This document shows, one piece after another, positions 19,425-28,336 of a stretch of 43,952 nucleotides of DNA. The notes below the pieces were generated by a model. That model was not told where the DNA came from. It saw only the letters and a program-made list of their open reading frames with translations, and did no database searches. The translations under genes were made by a program, and so were the position numbers. This DNA is from Candidatus Bathyarchaeia archaeon (GTDB taxonomy: Archaea; Thermoproteota; Bathyarchaeia; Bathyarchaeales; Bathycorpusculaceae): NCBI GenBank assembly GCA_050010515.1, contig JBEKKX010000019.1, forward strand, positions 1-43,952. The letters run 5' to 3'. Position 1 is the first letter of the stretch, and each line of letters opens with the position of its first letter.

Positions 19425-19853
19425 TTATGGGCAACATTTGCCTTTTGGGATAGGGTGTCCATGGGGGCATTTTCTTGGATGGTTAAGTTGTGTGCATAGG
19501 GCATCCATGAATTCTTCGTCCATGTGGTGTTCCATGCCGCAAACGCTTTTTTCTTGGATGTCTGTTTTTAGCGCTTCTTTCATCAATACTTCAGTCAGCC
19601 TGTGGGCGCGGATAATTCTTTTGGCTATTTTTCTTCCCTTTTCGGTAAGTTCGATGCCCTGTCTTGCCCTGTAAATTACGTAGCCTTCTTTTTCTAATTT
19701 CTTAAGCATTTCTAAGGCGCTTGGCGCTGCTATTCCTAGGTGATCTGCCACCCACGTGAGGTGGGCTAATTTTTCGCCTCTTTCTTCTGATATCCAAAGT
19801 GCTTCTAGGTATTCTTCAACGCTTTCGGAGGTTGGCATGAGTTGTGTTCTCAT
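19425..19853 (-). CDS. mntR: DtxR/MntR family metal-dependent regulator
   Basis: EEYLEAL, HRLTE, CGMEHH, PRKCPHGHPIP. Confidence 0.92.
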   Translation of the reverse strand: MRTQLMPTSESVEEYLEALWISEERGEKLAHLTWVADHLGIAAPSALEMLKKLEKEGYVIYRARQGIELTEKGRKIAKRIIRAHRLTEVLMKEALKTDIQEKSVCGMEHHMDEEFMDALCTQLNHPRKCPHGHPIPKGKCCP

Positions 19854-19919
19854 TAGTTAATTGTTGATTTTGGATATAAGTTTTGAAGTTTAAGCGTTTG
19901 TTGTGTATGGAGGAAATGA

Positions 19920-19970
19920 TTTAGGTTTGCCTAAACGTTAATATAGCCTGTGTTATTTAGGTTGACCTAA
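19920..19970. promoter_or_regulatory. two DtxR/MntR-type operator palindromes
   Basis: TTTAGGTTTGCCTAAA (19920-19935) and TTAGGTTGACCTAA (19957-19970) between the divergent regulator and transporter. Confidence 0.85.
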
Positions 19971-20015
19971 GTGTTTGCGCGGTTTGACCTGCAACTTTAA
20001 ACAAGAGGTGTCAAC

Positions 20016-21200
20016 ATGAATTCCAAAGTAGGCGACTGGCTTAGAAACTTCGGTCCAGCTTGGATCGTAATGATAGCAGACATAGACATAGCCTCAATTA
20101 TAACCGCACTGCAATCCGGCGCAAGCTACGGCTACAGAATGGCATTTATTCTTCTTTTATTGATCTTTCCCCTCTTCATTATCCAGGATGCAGCGGGCAG
20201 GCTAGGAACGTGCGCAGGGCTTGGACTAGGAGAGGCAACCAGAAAACAATTCGGAAGCCGCAAAGCAATATTCGCCGCTATCCCCATGGGCATAAGCGAT
20301 TTCCTCGAGTACCTAGCCGAATACGCGGGCATGGCCATTGGCCTGTACTTACTTGGCTTTCCTATCCTTCTTGGGCTTATACTAATTTTCTTGATCCACA
20401 CAGCTGTGGTGGTTGGCAAGCAGTACCGTAAAGCAGAGATGGTGCTCATACCCTTAAGCTTCATGTTAGTCGCAGCTATAGTAGCATCCGCATTCATATT
20501 TCCCATCAACCTGAAAGAATTCATATCGGTAGGACTCTCCCCATTACAGCCATACACTAAACCATCCTTTGACTTCCTCCTCGCAGCCAGCGTAGGCGCA
20601 GTAATTATGCCATGGATGCTCTACTATCATTCTGGCGCCGATGCCCGCAGAAAGAAACAGCCAAAGGACCTTAAGAACGAACGCATCGAAACGCTCCTCG
20701 GAGCTATAGTATCAGAGGTTCTAATGGTCATACTGATTTTTCCAGGAATACGTCTTTCCAACGGAGGCAGCGTGATCAGTGCGTTAGCCCTGTCAAAAGT
20801 GCTCTCATTCTTTGGACCGTATGCAACGCCCATTATGGGAGCGTTGTTCCTCTTCGCAGGATTTCTTGCACTTATCGTTATATCTCTTGGCTCAGCCTGG
20901 GGCGTCCTTGAAGCAACAGGCAAAACATCACAAACCTCCTTCATAACAGTGTACCTGCTGGAAAGTCTTCCAGCCATAATCCTTGTAGCCACAATAACAG
21001 GTTACATCAAACTCATGCTAAGTCTAATGGTTATCTATCCAATAGTGATCATACCTTCTCTGTACTTCCTGGGGAAACTTGTCTCAGATAAAAAAGTGAT
21101 GAACGGATACCACTACAACAAATACGAAATAGCAGCCTTCGTTATAGCATCAATCATGATTGTAGCGGGCGGAATCCTCGGCTTGTCCTCTCTGCTCTGA
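20016..21200 (+). CDS. mntH: NRAMP-family divalent metal transporter
   Basis: FGPAWIVMIAD, GASYGY, IQDAAGRLG, AEYAG, VGAVIMP; about 11 TM segments. Confidence 0.88.
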   Translation: MNSKVGDWLRNFGPAWIVMIADIDIASIITALQSGASYGYRMAFILLLLIFPLFIIQDAAGRLGTCAGLGLGEATRKQFGSRKAIFAAIPMGISDFLEYLAEYAGMAIGLYLLGFPILLGLILIFLIHTAVVVGKQYRKAEMVLIPLSFMLVAAIVASAFIFPINLKEFISVGLSPLQPYTKPSFDFLLAASVGAVIMPWMLYYHSGADARRKKQPKDLKNERIETLLGAIVSEVLMVILIFPGIRLSNGGSVISALALSKVLSFFGPYATPIMGALFLFAGFLALIVISLGSAWGVLEATGKTSQTSFITVYLLESLPAIILVATITGYIKLMLSLMVIYPIVIIPSLYFLGKLVSDKKVMNGYHYNKYEIAAFVIASIMIVAGGILGLSSLL

Positions 21201-21382
21201 AAACTCGCCTTTGCTTGCAATCAAACGTGAACAGCGGTTAAGCGTCACGCAGTACGACACATAGCACGGCAGTGAGAAAATGACGAGTTGCAATCAATAA
21301 TAGCGATTCATAAAAGATTACTACTTCAACAAACATTTTTGTTTGGATTAACGGTTTGTACATGAGCTTGTGAGATGGCTAA

Positions 21383-22564
21383 GTGTTGAGAAAAATATCT
21401 TTTATCTTAAGTTTGTGTCTTTTGTTATCGGTTTCTTTAATGTTGCCAGGATTTGTTGTGGCTCAGACGGCGAGCGGTGCTGGCAATCAATCTCCTTCGC
21501 CGTCGAGCCCAAGCGGTCAAGTGCCTGCCCCGACAGTATCATTCAGCAATAGCCCAAGGCAGGGTACTGGTGACTTGATTAACCTCGCCGTATCAGTTCA
21601 GCAGAGACCTGTTTGCGGAACCACTTGGAGCGCGCACAAGACAAATTTGCCCCTTATAGGTGCAGGTGGACAGCCAACAGGTGGCACAGTGTTAAGTGAA
21701 GGTTTTCAAGGTGAAATAGGAACGACTGTTGCCAATGTCTCAAGCGACTTAGAGATTAATCTCGGCTCCACTAACTCGCCAGCAGGTGCTCCTAACCTTC
21801 AGCTTCCAGGGATGTTCATAGATACACCGTACGGCAGTATCCCGGTAAGCTTCTGCGACGCCAGCTCCTTTAACGTGCAGGTCGGCAACGTAACCTACGT
21901 TAACGGTTTACCCACCGCGACAAACACCATTACCTTCAACGATATTGCCCTCCCAACCTATGGCCAAGGCTCATCCTCAATCACGTTTGTGATAGCCCAA
22001 ACCGTCATAGCAAACTGGACTAACATGATAATCAAAATTGGCGTTTACGCCGACCTCTCAAACATGACGCTTTATCTACCAGACGGAACAGAACTTCCCC
22101 AAGGCACCGATTTCTCCTTTAACCTAATGTACCAAATCGACATGAACAACGCAGTACCCAACAACCCAGTTGATTATCCACCATCAGACATAACCCCGAC
22201 AAGCGTATTCTTCGCAATCAACAGTACATCAGGAACACAAGTAACGATCGCAGACATGAATCTTGGAGACACATACACCGAAATCCAAGGCACCAACCAA
22301 CTTGCAGATAAAACGCCAACAATATATTTCTCGCAATCGCTAGCTCCAACTTGGGCGGTCAACTGCTTCCAAAGCTTTCCCAACCTGACTTACGGCGTAA
22401 CCACGGCTATCCAAAGCGACCCAACAATCACCGTACAGCACAATGCAGTTTCCGCAGGCGGGATCTCAATTAGCAATTTGATACTTTATGCTGCAATCGT
22501 TGGAGGCGTAGCTTCGGTTGCTGTTGTGGGAACTGTTATTTTTGTTAGACGAAGAAAACGATAG
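21383..22564 (+). CDS. secreted, C-terminally membrane-anchored surface (glyco)protein
   Basis: signal peptide, S/P/G-rich linker, many N-x-S/T sequons, C-terminal TM followed by RRRKR. Confidence 0.8.
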   Translation: MLRKISFILSLCLLLSVSLMLPGFVVAQTASGAGNQSPSPSSPSGQVPAPTVSFSNSPRQGTGDLINLAVSVQQRPVCGTTWSAHKTNLPLIGAGGQPTGGTVLSEGFQGEIGTTVANVSSDLEINLGSTNSPAGAPNLQLPGMFIDTPYGSIPVSFCDASSFNVQVGNVTYVNGLPTATNTITFNDIALPTYGQGSSSITFVIAQTVIANWTNMIIKIGVYADLSNMTLYLPDGTELPQGTDFSFNLMYQIDMNNAVPNNPVDYPPSDITPTSVFFAINSTSGTQVTIADMNLGDTYTEIQGTNQLADKTPTIYFSQSLAPTWAVNCFQSFPNLTYGVTTAIQSDPTITVQHNAVSAGGISISNLILYAAIVGGVASVAVVGTVIFVRRRKR

Positions 22565-22583
22565 GTGGCATGCTCCCACCTAT
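22561..22583 (+). terminator. stem-loop overlapping the stop codon of the surface protein
   Basis: ATAGGTGG-CATGCTC-CCACCTAT. Confidence 0.5.
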
Positions 22584-22962
22584 GAATGGCGTGGGCTTTA
22601 ATGCTTCACTGTTACTCCTTTTGAAGTAACTTTGCAGGCTTCAGATTCTGTAATTCATGATTATCCGCAAGTTGTCCATTGTTGAGTTGATTATTGGAGC
22701 AAAATTTTACTTTGATATTTTTACTATAATGTTATAGTTTATTTTAACAATAAAAAATCCTTGGGTGAAGTTCTCTTCGGATCCTCTTACTTATGCAATC
22801 GCTTGGTGCTCAAGCTTATAGTTTAACCGTTTAAAGGTAGTTAAACAACTACTCATCAGTGCAAAATAGGCGCAAGTGGCTTGAAAAGCCAAGCAACATG
22901 TTAAAGAAACAAAATTTTTTTAGGTATAGATATTAACCTTGCTTACTTTTATTTAGGAAGAC

Positions 22963-23382
22963 TTGATTAAAATGAGTGTTAGGCTGCAAATTTTCGAGCA
23001 TAACAGTAAGGATGATAATCCTTTTCGAAGAAACTTTCGCTTCGCTGTTGTTGACTTCAGTAAGTCTCAGAGTTACCCCTCAAACTTCGTTTGCATGTTA
23101 CCGTTAAAATTAGGGGTGGGAAAACCAGATAGCGTTTTCTTGAAGGTTTATGGGAATAGAAGTTTAGAACAAGCTAGAATATTGTTAACTGGAGCTTTGA
23201 AGGCCGAAAATGACGCTGAAATCAAAGCTGAAATTGAAAGAAGACTGAAACTGCTTGATCCTGCACAGGCAGCGCAAATCAAGTGCAGTTCTTGCGGCAA
23301 ACTTTTTCAGCCTCAAAGAATAAGACGGTATAAAAAAAATTTTTGCCAAGTTTGCATGAGAAAAAGGTACGGAAACCGATAA
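22963..23382 (+). CDS. hypothetical protein with C-terminal Zn ribbon
   Basis: CSSC...CQVC at the C-terminus. Confidence 0.75.
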   Translation: MIKMSVRLQIFEHNSKDDNPFRRNFRFAVVDFSKSQSYPSNFVCMLPLKLGVGKPDSVFLKVYGNRSLEQARILLTGALKAENDAEIKAEIERRLKLLDPAQAAQIKCSSCGKLFQPQRIRRYKKNFCQVCMRKRYGNR

Positions 23383-23520
23383 GTTACTCTCGTTTTTGGG
23401 TAGCCTCTTTAGTGGTCTGAGACAGGGTTAACTTTAGAATTTTGATATTAACATTTTATTTATTAAAATTAGCCCATATTGCTCGAACGTATACCCATTT
23501 AACATTTGGCAAAACCAAAC

Positions 23521-23775
23521 TTAATCTTTTGATTCAATCATTCCGTTTGGGTGCTTTCCCATCCAGTCCAAGGCGAAGGCTTCGGCTTTAGTCTTCTTGG
23601 AGAACTCGGGCGAGATTTTTTTACTCTCAGCTTCATCTGTTTGCTCTCCAGCAAAGAGCACTACATGGTAGTTTTCACTGAATGCTTTTTTGGAAACAAT
23701 GAGAGTTTGCCCTGTGTTTTCGTTAACATAGCCGCCTTGATTGCTTATTTTCTTCCACCCTTTAATGATCTTCAA
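23521..23775 (-). CDS. hypothetical protein
   Basis: 84 aa protein-like ORF with TTG start. Confidence 0.7.
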   Translation of the reverse strand: MKIIKGWKKISNQGGYVNENTGQTLIVSKKAFSENYHVVLFAGEQTDEAESKKISPEFSKKTKAEAFALDWMGKHPNGMIESKD

Positions 23776-23857
23776 TTATTCGCCTTCTTGTAAGCCTATT
23801 ACAAGCTTTCATGCCATTAGAAATAGAAGTTAAAGTAAATAAAAGGCGTTTAGGCTA

Positions 23858-24052
23858 CTATCTTCGTCGTGCCCACGCCTGTTTTGGCTCAAAATTAGCG
23901 TGTGTATTTGCCGTTTTTAGGGGCTGATTGGTTAAGTGTTTGGAAAAGCAAGCTTTGCAGTAAACTGGCTTGCCTGGAGTAGGCTTGAAAGGCACAGTGG
24001 CAATTTGATTGCAAGAAGTACATTTTACCTCATAAACATTCCTTTGAGACAT
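23858..24052 (-). CDS. CxxC-x17-CxxC zinc-ribbon protein
   Basis: CTSCNQIATVPFKPTPGKPVYCKAC; SD GAGGTGA. Confidence 0.88.
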   Translation of the reverse strand: MSQRNVYEVKCTSCNQIATVPFKPTPGKPVYCKACFSKHLTNQPLKTANTHANFEPKQAWARRR

Positions 24053-24119
24053 TATTTCACCTCGTTTATCCTACAGTAAGAAAAATTTAGCCTTAGAATT
24101 CGGGAATCTTGATTATGAA

Positions 24120-24260
24120 TTATGCCTTTTCGCCTTTTTTCTTGTTATCTGCAAAGCTTTTCTTTGATGCTTTCTTTCTATATACACAATTTAGCCGTAC
24201 AGAAGACTTACATCTGCGACAGTTCTTAACTAAACCCGCTCTTAATTGGCACATTTTCAT
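24120..24260 (-). CDS. 46 aa basic four-Cys microprotein (not in ORF track)
   Basis: MKMCQLRAGLVKNCRRCKSSVRLNCVYRKKASKKSFADNKKKGEKA; GAGGT SD; co-oriented upstream of the zinc-ribbon gene. Confidence 0.6.
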   Translation of the reverse strand: MKMCQLRAGLVKNCRRCKSSVRLNCVYRKKASKKSFADNKKKGEKA

Positions 24261-24609
24261 TTACCTCAATATTTTTTTGAAAAGAATCAGTTATGCGAAA
24301 GGGTAAGCCCAAGAGGATAAGAGAAACTCTTCAACCTATGAATTCTCTCGCCATGCTTATAAAGCCATGCCACGAAAAAATGCTTTTTTAAAATGATAAA
24401 AAGTTTTGCGGTAAATTTAACAAACGTAAAATAAACCATAGAAAACCGTTTTGTATCTTAGCTATGCTAATATAGTTCTACAAACCTTTTTGTGTAAGGA
24501 TTAGGATTCTTTAGGGGAAGAGTTAGATCGGCTATTCGCAAGTTTACTTTTTCTCCAAATTGTTCTGATTATATTTTCGGGCACAAACCGAAAGAAAGGG
24601 TGCAAGAAA

Positions 24610-24915
24610 ATGGGTAAAAGGAAAATTACAAATGAGGGCAACCTTGAAAGGATGGTTATACCTTCCTCAAATGACGTATTAGGCGTAGCCGTAAAGATGC
24701 TTGGCGCCGAAAGAATCATGGTTAAATGCCAAGATGGCAAAGAACGATTATGTCGAGTTCGTGGGAAACTAAAAAGGCGTGTATGGATTCGAGAAGGAGA
24801 CATCGTTTTGATTTCACCTTGGGATTTTCAGAAAGAAACCAGAGGAGACATCTTCTGGCGTTACCGTAAAAACCAGTCAGATTGGCTCAGAGACCACAAT
24901 TATCTCACAATGTAA
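24610..24915 (+). CDS. eif1a: translation initiation factor aIF-1A
   Basis: KMLGAERIMVKCQDGKERLCRVRGKLKRRVWIREGD...PWDFQ...RGDIFWRY. Confidence 0.93.
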   Translation: MGKRKITNEGNLERMVIPSSNDVLGVAVKMLGAERIMVKCQDGKERLCRVRGKLKRRVWIREGDIVLISPWDFQKETRGDIFWRYRKNQSDWLRDHNYLTM

Positions 24916-24932
24916 GCAAAGAGGCAAAAAAT

Positions 24933-25109
24933 ATAATCTTAAAATGTTCAGAATGCGGAAATACTTTCAAAATCAATGATGTTAAAGATGGCGAGATAGT
25001 TGCCTGCCCGATTTGTGAAGCTGACTATAAAGTGGTAGTTAAAGGTGGAAAAGTTCGGTTAGAAGAGTACGTGTATGAAACCGAAGATTTAGGTGAATTA
25101 TCAAAATAA
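24933..25109 (+). CDS. LysW-like zinc-ribbon protein; start uncertain (possible ATA)
   Basis: CSEC...GEIVACPIC and acidic tail EDLGE-LSK resembling LysW EDWGE. Confidence 0.7.
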   Translation: MILKCSECGNTFKINDVKDGEIVACPICEADYKVVVKGGKVRLEEYVYETEDLGELSK

Positions 25110-25157
25110 CGTTTACTTTGGGCATTAATTTTTATTTTTAATCAAAAACAAACTGGG

Positions 25158-25436
25158 TTAACTTGCTAATTCAACCCGTGTACCTATCGCTTGACCAGGA
25201 ACTCCATGCGGGAACTTTACTCGGACCATACCGTTTCTTCCGTGGGGACCCATAATTCTTCCAACAAACTTGTTGTTGCCGCTTGTCCAAGTTACTTTTT
25301 GTCCCACGAGTTTGCCCGCCAAAGATGCAGTATCAACCGTTTCAAATTCAATTAAGCATTCTCTTGATGTTTGTGCTTTTGGACCTGTTCTGTAATTAAC
25401 TATTCTTCCGTGTACTATTTGACTCAAAATATTCAC
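25158..25436 (-). CDS. rpl35ae: 50S ribosomal protein L35Ae
   Basis: GRIVNYRTG...LVGQKVTW...GRIMGPHGRNGMVRVKFPHGVPGQAIG. Confidence 0.9.
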   Translation of the reverse strand: MNILSQIVHGRIVNYRTGPKAQTSRECLIEFETVDTASLAGKLVGQKVTWTSGNNKFVGRIMGPHGRNGMVRVKFPHGVPGQAIGTRVELAS

Positions 25437-25483
25437 CGCTTCGCTTCCCGTGTTAAGGTATACTAGCTTTTAAAGCTGCACTA

Positions 25484-25729
25484 TTATGTTTGGATGATGA
25501 CGCCGATTTTTTGAACCGCTAATTCTAGTAAATTTACCGCTTCTTGAACTTTCGTTATTTCTTTTTCTATGGTTCCGTCTTTGTCTTTTAAACCAATACT
25601 TGTGCCGCAAACGCTGCATTGAATAGTTTCTCCTCGCTTCAGTTGTAGGAGGGTCGCTTTGTTTTCATTATTGCATTTTAGGCAATGTACAGTGATACCC
25701 CATAAATCTACGTTAACCATTGTTATCAT
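25484..25729 (-). CDS. small Zn-ribbon protein with helical tail
   Basis: CLKC...CSVC. Confidence 0.7.
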   Translation of the reverse strand: MITMVNVDLWGITVHCLKCNNENKATLLQLKRGETIQCSVCGTSIGLKDKDGTIEKEITKVQEAVNLLELAVQKIGVIIQT

Positions 25730-25736
25730 GTATTGA

Positions 25737-25925
25737 TTAAGATGTATCTGCTCTAAAATATTGCGATAAAGTTTTCCGGTCAGCTGTTAGGAGACTGCAG
25801 GCGGCTATTGCTTGTACCATAGCGTTACTGTTTTCCTTTTGATTTTTCGGTATCTTTGAGTACTTGCTTAGAAATTGCAGTCTCCATTTCTGCCATTTTT
25901 GACGCGGCATCATGCCCCATGTCAA
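25737..25925 (-). CDS. hypothetical small protein
   Basis: 62 aa ORF co-oriented with its neighbours. Confidence 0.4.
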   Translation of the reverse strand: MTWGMMPRQKWQKWRLQFLSKYSKIPKNQKENSNAMVQAIAACSLLTADRKTLSQYFRADTS

Positions 25926-26017
25926 AAAACCAAGTGAGAAACCTCATAAAATGAGATACCGAATTTTGTTTTTCGAGGGCCTTTGTTTACTTAGTTTGTT
26001 TTAAGCAATAGTATCTT

Positions 26018-26938
26018 TTAGTTGGGCACATGTTTCTTTAAAAAGCCAACTTTCGAAGATAGCAGGGGCAAGAGTTTCTCGACTGCAATGAACGCGATTG
26101 TGGCGTAGGCGATTCCACCTAAGACGTCCGTAAAAAAGTGTTCGCCAAGGTAGACTGCGCTAAACCAGGTTCCAACAGGAATCGATAACACTGGAAGCGC
26201 TTTCCATCTCCAAATTTTGAACGAGAAAAGAAAGACCAGCCAAGGCAAAGCTGAATGCATACTGGGAAATGCAGCGTATGCATTTGGGCTTAAAAGATCA
26301 AACAATGCCTTGTAAACAGGAAGACGTAGGCTAGCATCAACTGACCCAGTTAAGATTCGGGTAACGTCTGGAACCGCAATCCATGGAGGCGCGACAGGGT
26401 AAAAGAGGAAAGTTATCAATGCACTGTACGTTAATACGCCGAAGGCAACGGTGTATTTCCAGTAGTTCTTAGGACTTTTTTTCCACACAATATAAGCAAA
26501 GACGGTTGGTACAAAAAAATATATGCCGTAGAAAAAGGCTCCTATGTAATTTAAAATAGGCAGCTTTAACGTTTCTTGAAGAACGAGGCTGGGAACTTGA
26601 CCGAACAATTGCACATCCAAATTGTATGGTCCTGTATTAAGGCTGTACTGTGAGACAGTGCCTATGAAACTATACATAACTTCATAAGAGACAAACACCG
26701 TAACGAATGGAAGCCAATCTTTTAAGGCACGCCAGGTCCGTTCATTATACGTACAGTAAATTAGGATGCCTAAAACTAGAAATTCAGGCCCTGGAATAAT
26801 TTTGTATTCCACGCAGAAGATAGCTACAGCTACTATGTATATTAATAAGAAAAGAAGAGAGAAGAAACGCGACGAGTGATAATCAAAATTTTTTAATGCA
26901 GACTTGAATTTGTCGTCTTCTTTTTGTTTTTTAACCAT
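26018..26938 (-). CDS. PAP2-superfamily membrane protein, Aur1/Ipt1 (inositol phosphorylceramide synthase)-like
   Basis: YPVAPPW, AAFPSMH, YLGEHFFTDVLGG. Confidence 0.85.
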   Translation of the reverse strand: MVKKQKEDDKFKSALKNFDYHSSRFFSLLFLLIYIVAVAIFCVEYKIIPGPEFLVLGILIYCTYNERTWRALKDWLPFVTVFVSYEVMYSFIGTVSQYSLNTGPYNLDVQLFGQVPSLVLQETLKLPILNYIGAFFYGIYFFVPTVFAYIVWKKSPKNYWKYTVAFGVLTYSALITFLFYPVAPPWIAVPDVTRILTGSVDASLRLPVYKALFDLLSPNAYAAFPSMHSALPWLVFLFSFKIWRWKALPVLSIPVGTWFSAVYLGEHFFTDVLGGIAYATIAFIAVEKLLPLLSSKVGFLKKHVPN

Positions 26939-27372
26939 TATGTAATCGTTACCAGCAAATTAGCTTGTATGTTTCTTTTTAAATGCTTTTTCCCAATTCC
27001 ACCCCTAAAAAACAAAATACTTAGACAAATGATGGGTTAAAACCAAACAGGCTCTTTAATTAGCCATTTCGCGGGTATGCAGCTGCATTTTTCAGCGTTA
27101 GCCGCCGTCTAAGTAGGGGTATACTTTTTTGCTCGGTCACTTAGGTAGCAAAAAGACGGTGGAGAAGAGGGTAGGTTATTTTTAGATAGTGAAGCAAGTC
27201 TAAAAAATGAGGCGCCGGCAGGGTAGCGCAATTTGTTCAAGAAATTTTTCTATCAATTGAAGTATCCCTCTTTGTCAGGCAATCTAGGAAACGGACTCCT
27301 TCAAGCAGCTATGAGGGGCAAAGTAGGCTTTAGTTGACCATTTGCTGCGCATTAAAGAGTGCAGACAAAAAT

Positions 27373-28008
27373 TTAGGCTGGCATCAAATAACTTGAGTTG
27401 CCGTAATAAGCAACGTTTCTAGCCACGGTTCCAGCTACATGTGAGCTTTGGCAAAGCTTGCTGATATTTGTCATAAGCTGATAAGAAGCCTTCAACGCTA
27501 AGTTCAAGTCGTTGTTTGTTAAGAATTTTGCTTCTATGTTAAGCGCTGTTCCTTGAATGTTTGCGGCTATTTGGATGCCGCCGTCTTCCGTGATCCACTT
27601 TAAGGTGACGCCTTGATTATTTTCTGACATGCCTAGCCAACGTAGCAAACCAAACCATTTGCCTTTAAGCGCCAAGATTAGTTGTTGCGTCATAAGGTCT
27701 GATGGAAGGAAAGTCTGAATCAGCGGCGTTGTTGGTTCTTCTTTGCGTGCTTGGTTAAGTTTTAGTTCAGTTATCTTTGGAGTGACCCTGTAGCCTTCGG
27801 GTCCTTTTTTCACAATGCCCTCTTGCTCCAGTCGGACAAGTATGCGAGAGAGCGTTTCCGGATGCAGTCCTGTTCTTCGTTTTAACCCGTCGAATGTGAA
27901 TATGGCTAAATCTTCCGTTTCTATTAGCGCCAATACGTCAGCATCGCGTTCGCTAAGGGAGTAGTCGGCTGGAAGGCTTTGCCAATTAACATTCAGAAGA
28001 GGTATCAT
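27373..28008 (-). CDS. winged-helix domain protein
   Basis: FDGLKRRTGLHPETLSRILVRLEQEGIV...YRVT. Confidence 0.75.
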   Translation of the reverse strand: MIPLLNVNWQSLPADYSLSERDADVLALIETEDLAIFTFDGLKRRTGLHPETLSRILVRLEQEGIVKKGPEGYRVTPKITELKLNQARKEEPTTPLIQTFLPSDLMTQQLILALKGKWFGLLRWLGMSENNQGVTLKWITEDGGIQIAANIQGTALNIEAKFLTNNDLNLALKASYQLMTNISKLCQSSHVAGTVARNVAYYGNSSYLMPA

Positions 28009-28104
28009 TGTTCTAATGTTTGGTTAAGGCGTCGCTTTTGAATGTTATCCCATCTTTGCAAGAAAAGCAACGTTCAATATTGTTTGATACTTTAGTTAAC
28101 CTAA

Positions 28105-28321
28105 TTTTCAGCCATTTTCCCTATGTACTCAAATATCCATTTATCACATGTGCTTTGTCCATTGAAACGCGTGCTGATAAAGGATATGTCCCAGGCATAT
28201 CTGCCGTAACGTTCAAAATCGTATGCGACTTTCATGTAAGAGTTTATGATACTTTGCTGAATCTAGCTTTCAAGTCTTTCGTTGCTAGCTTAACTGTCGT
28301 CGAATCCAGAAACTCAGGCAA
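28105..28321 (-). pseudogene. fused relic of a pstB 5' end and an internal phoU fragment
   Basis: 28105-28250 matches 31982-32127 (phoU, 2 mismatches in 146 bp); 28251-28309 matches 33078-33136 (pstB 5' end, 7 mismatches in 59 bp). Confidence 0.85.
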
Positions 28322-28336
28322 AATCAGAGATAAAAT

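Noticed and set aside
24109-24306. 65 aa plus-strand ORF
   Set aside because: Phe-rich antisense shadow of the minus-strand four-Cys microprotein.
27060-27360. Possible riboswitch or ncRNA between the PAP2 and winged-helix genes
   Set aside because: Only short hairpins, with no family consensus I can recognise.
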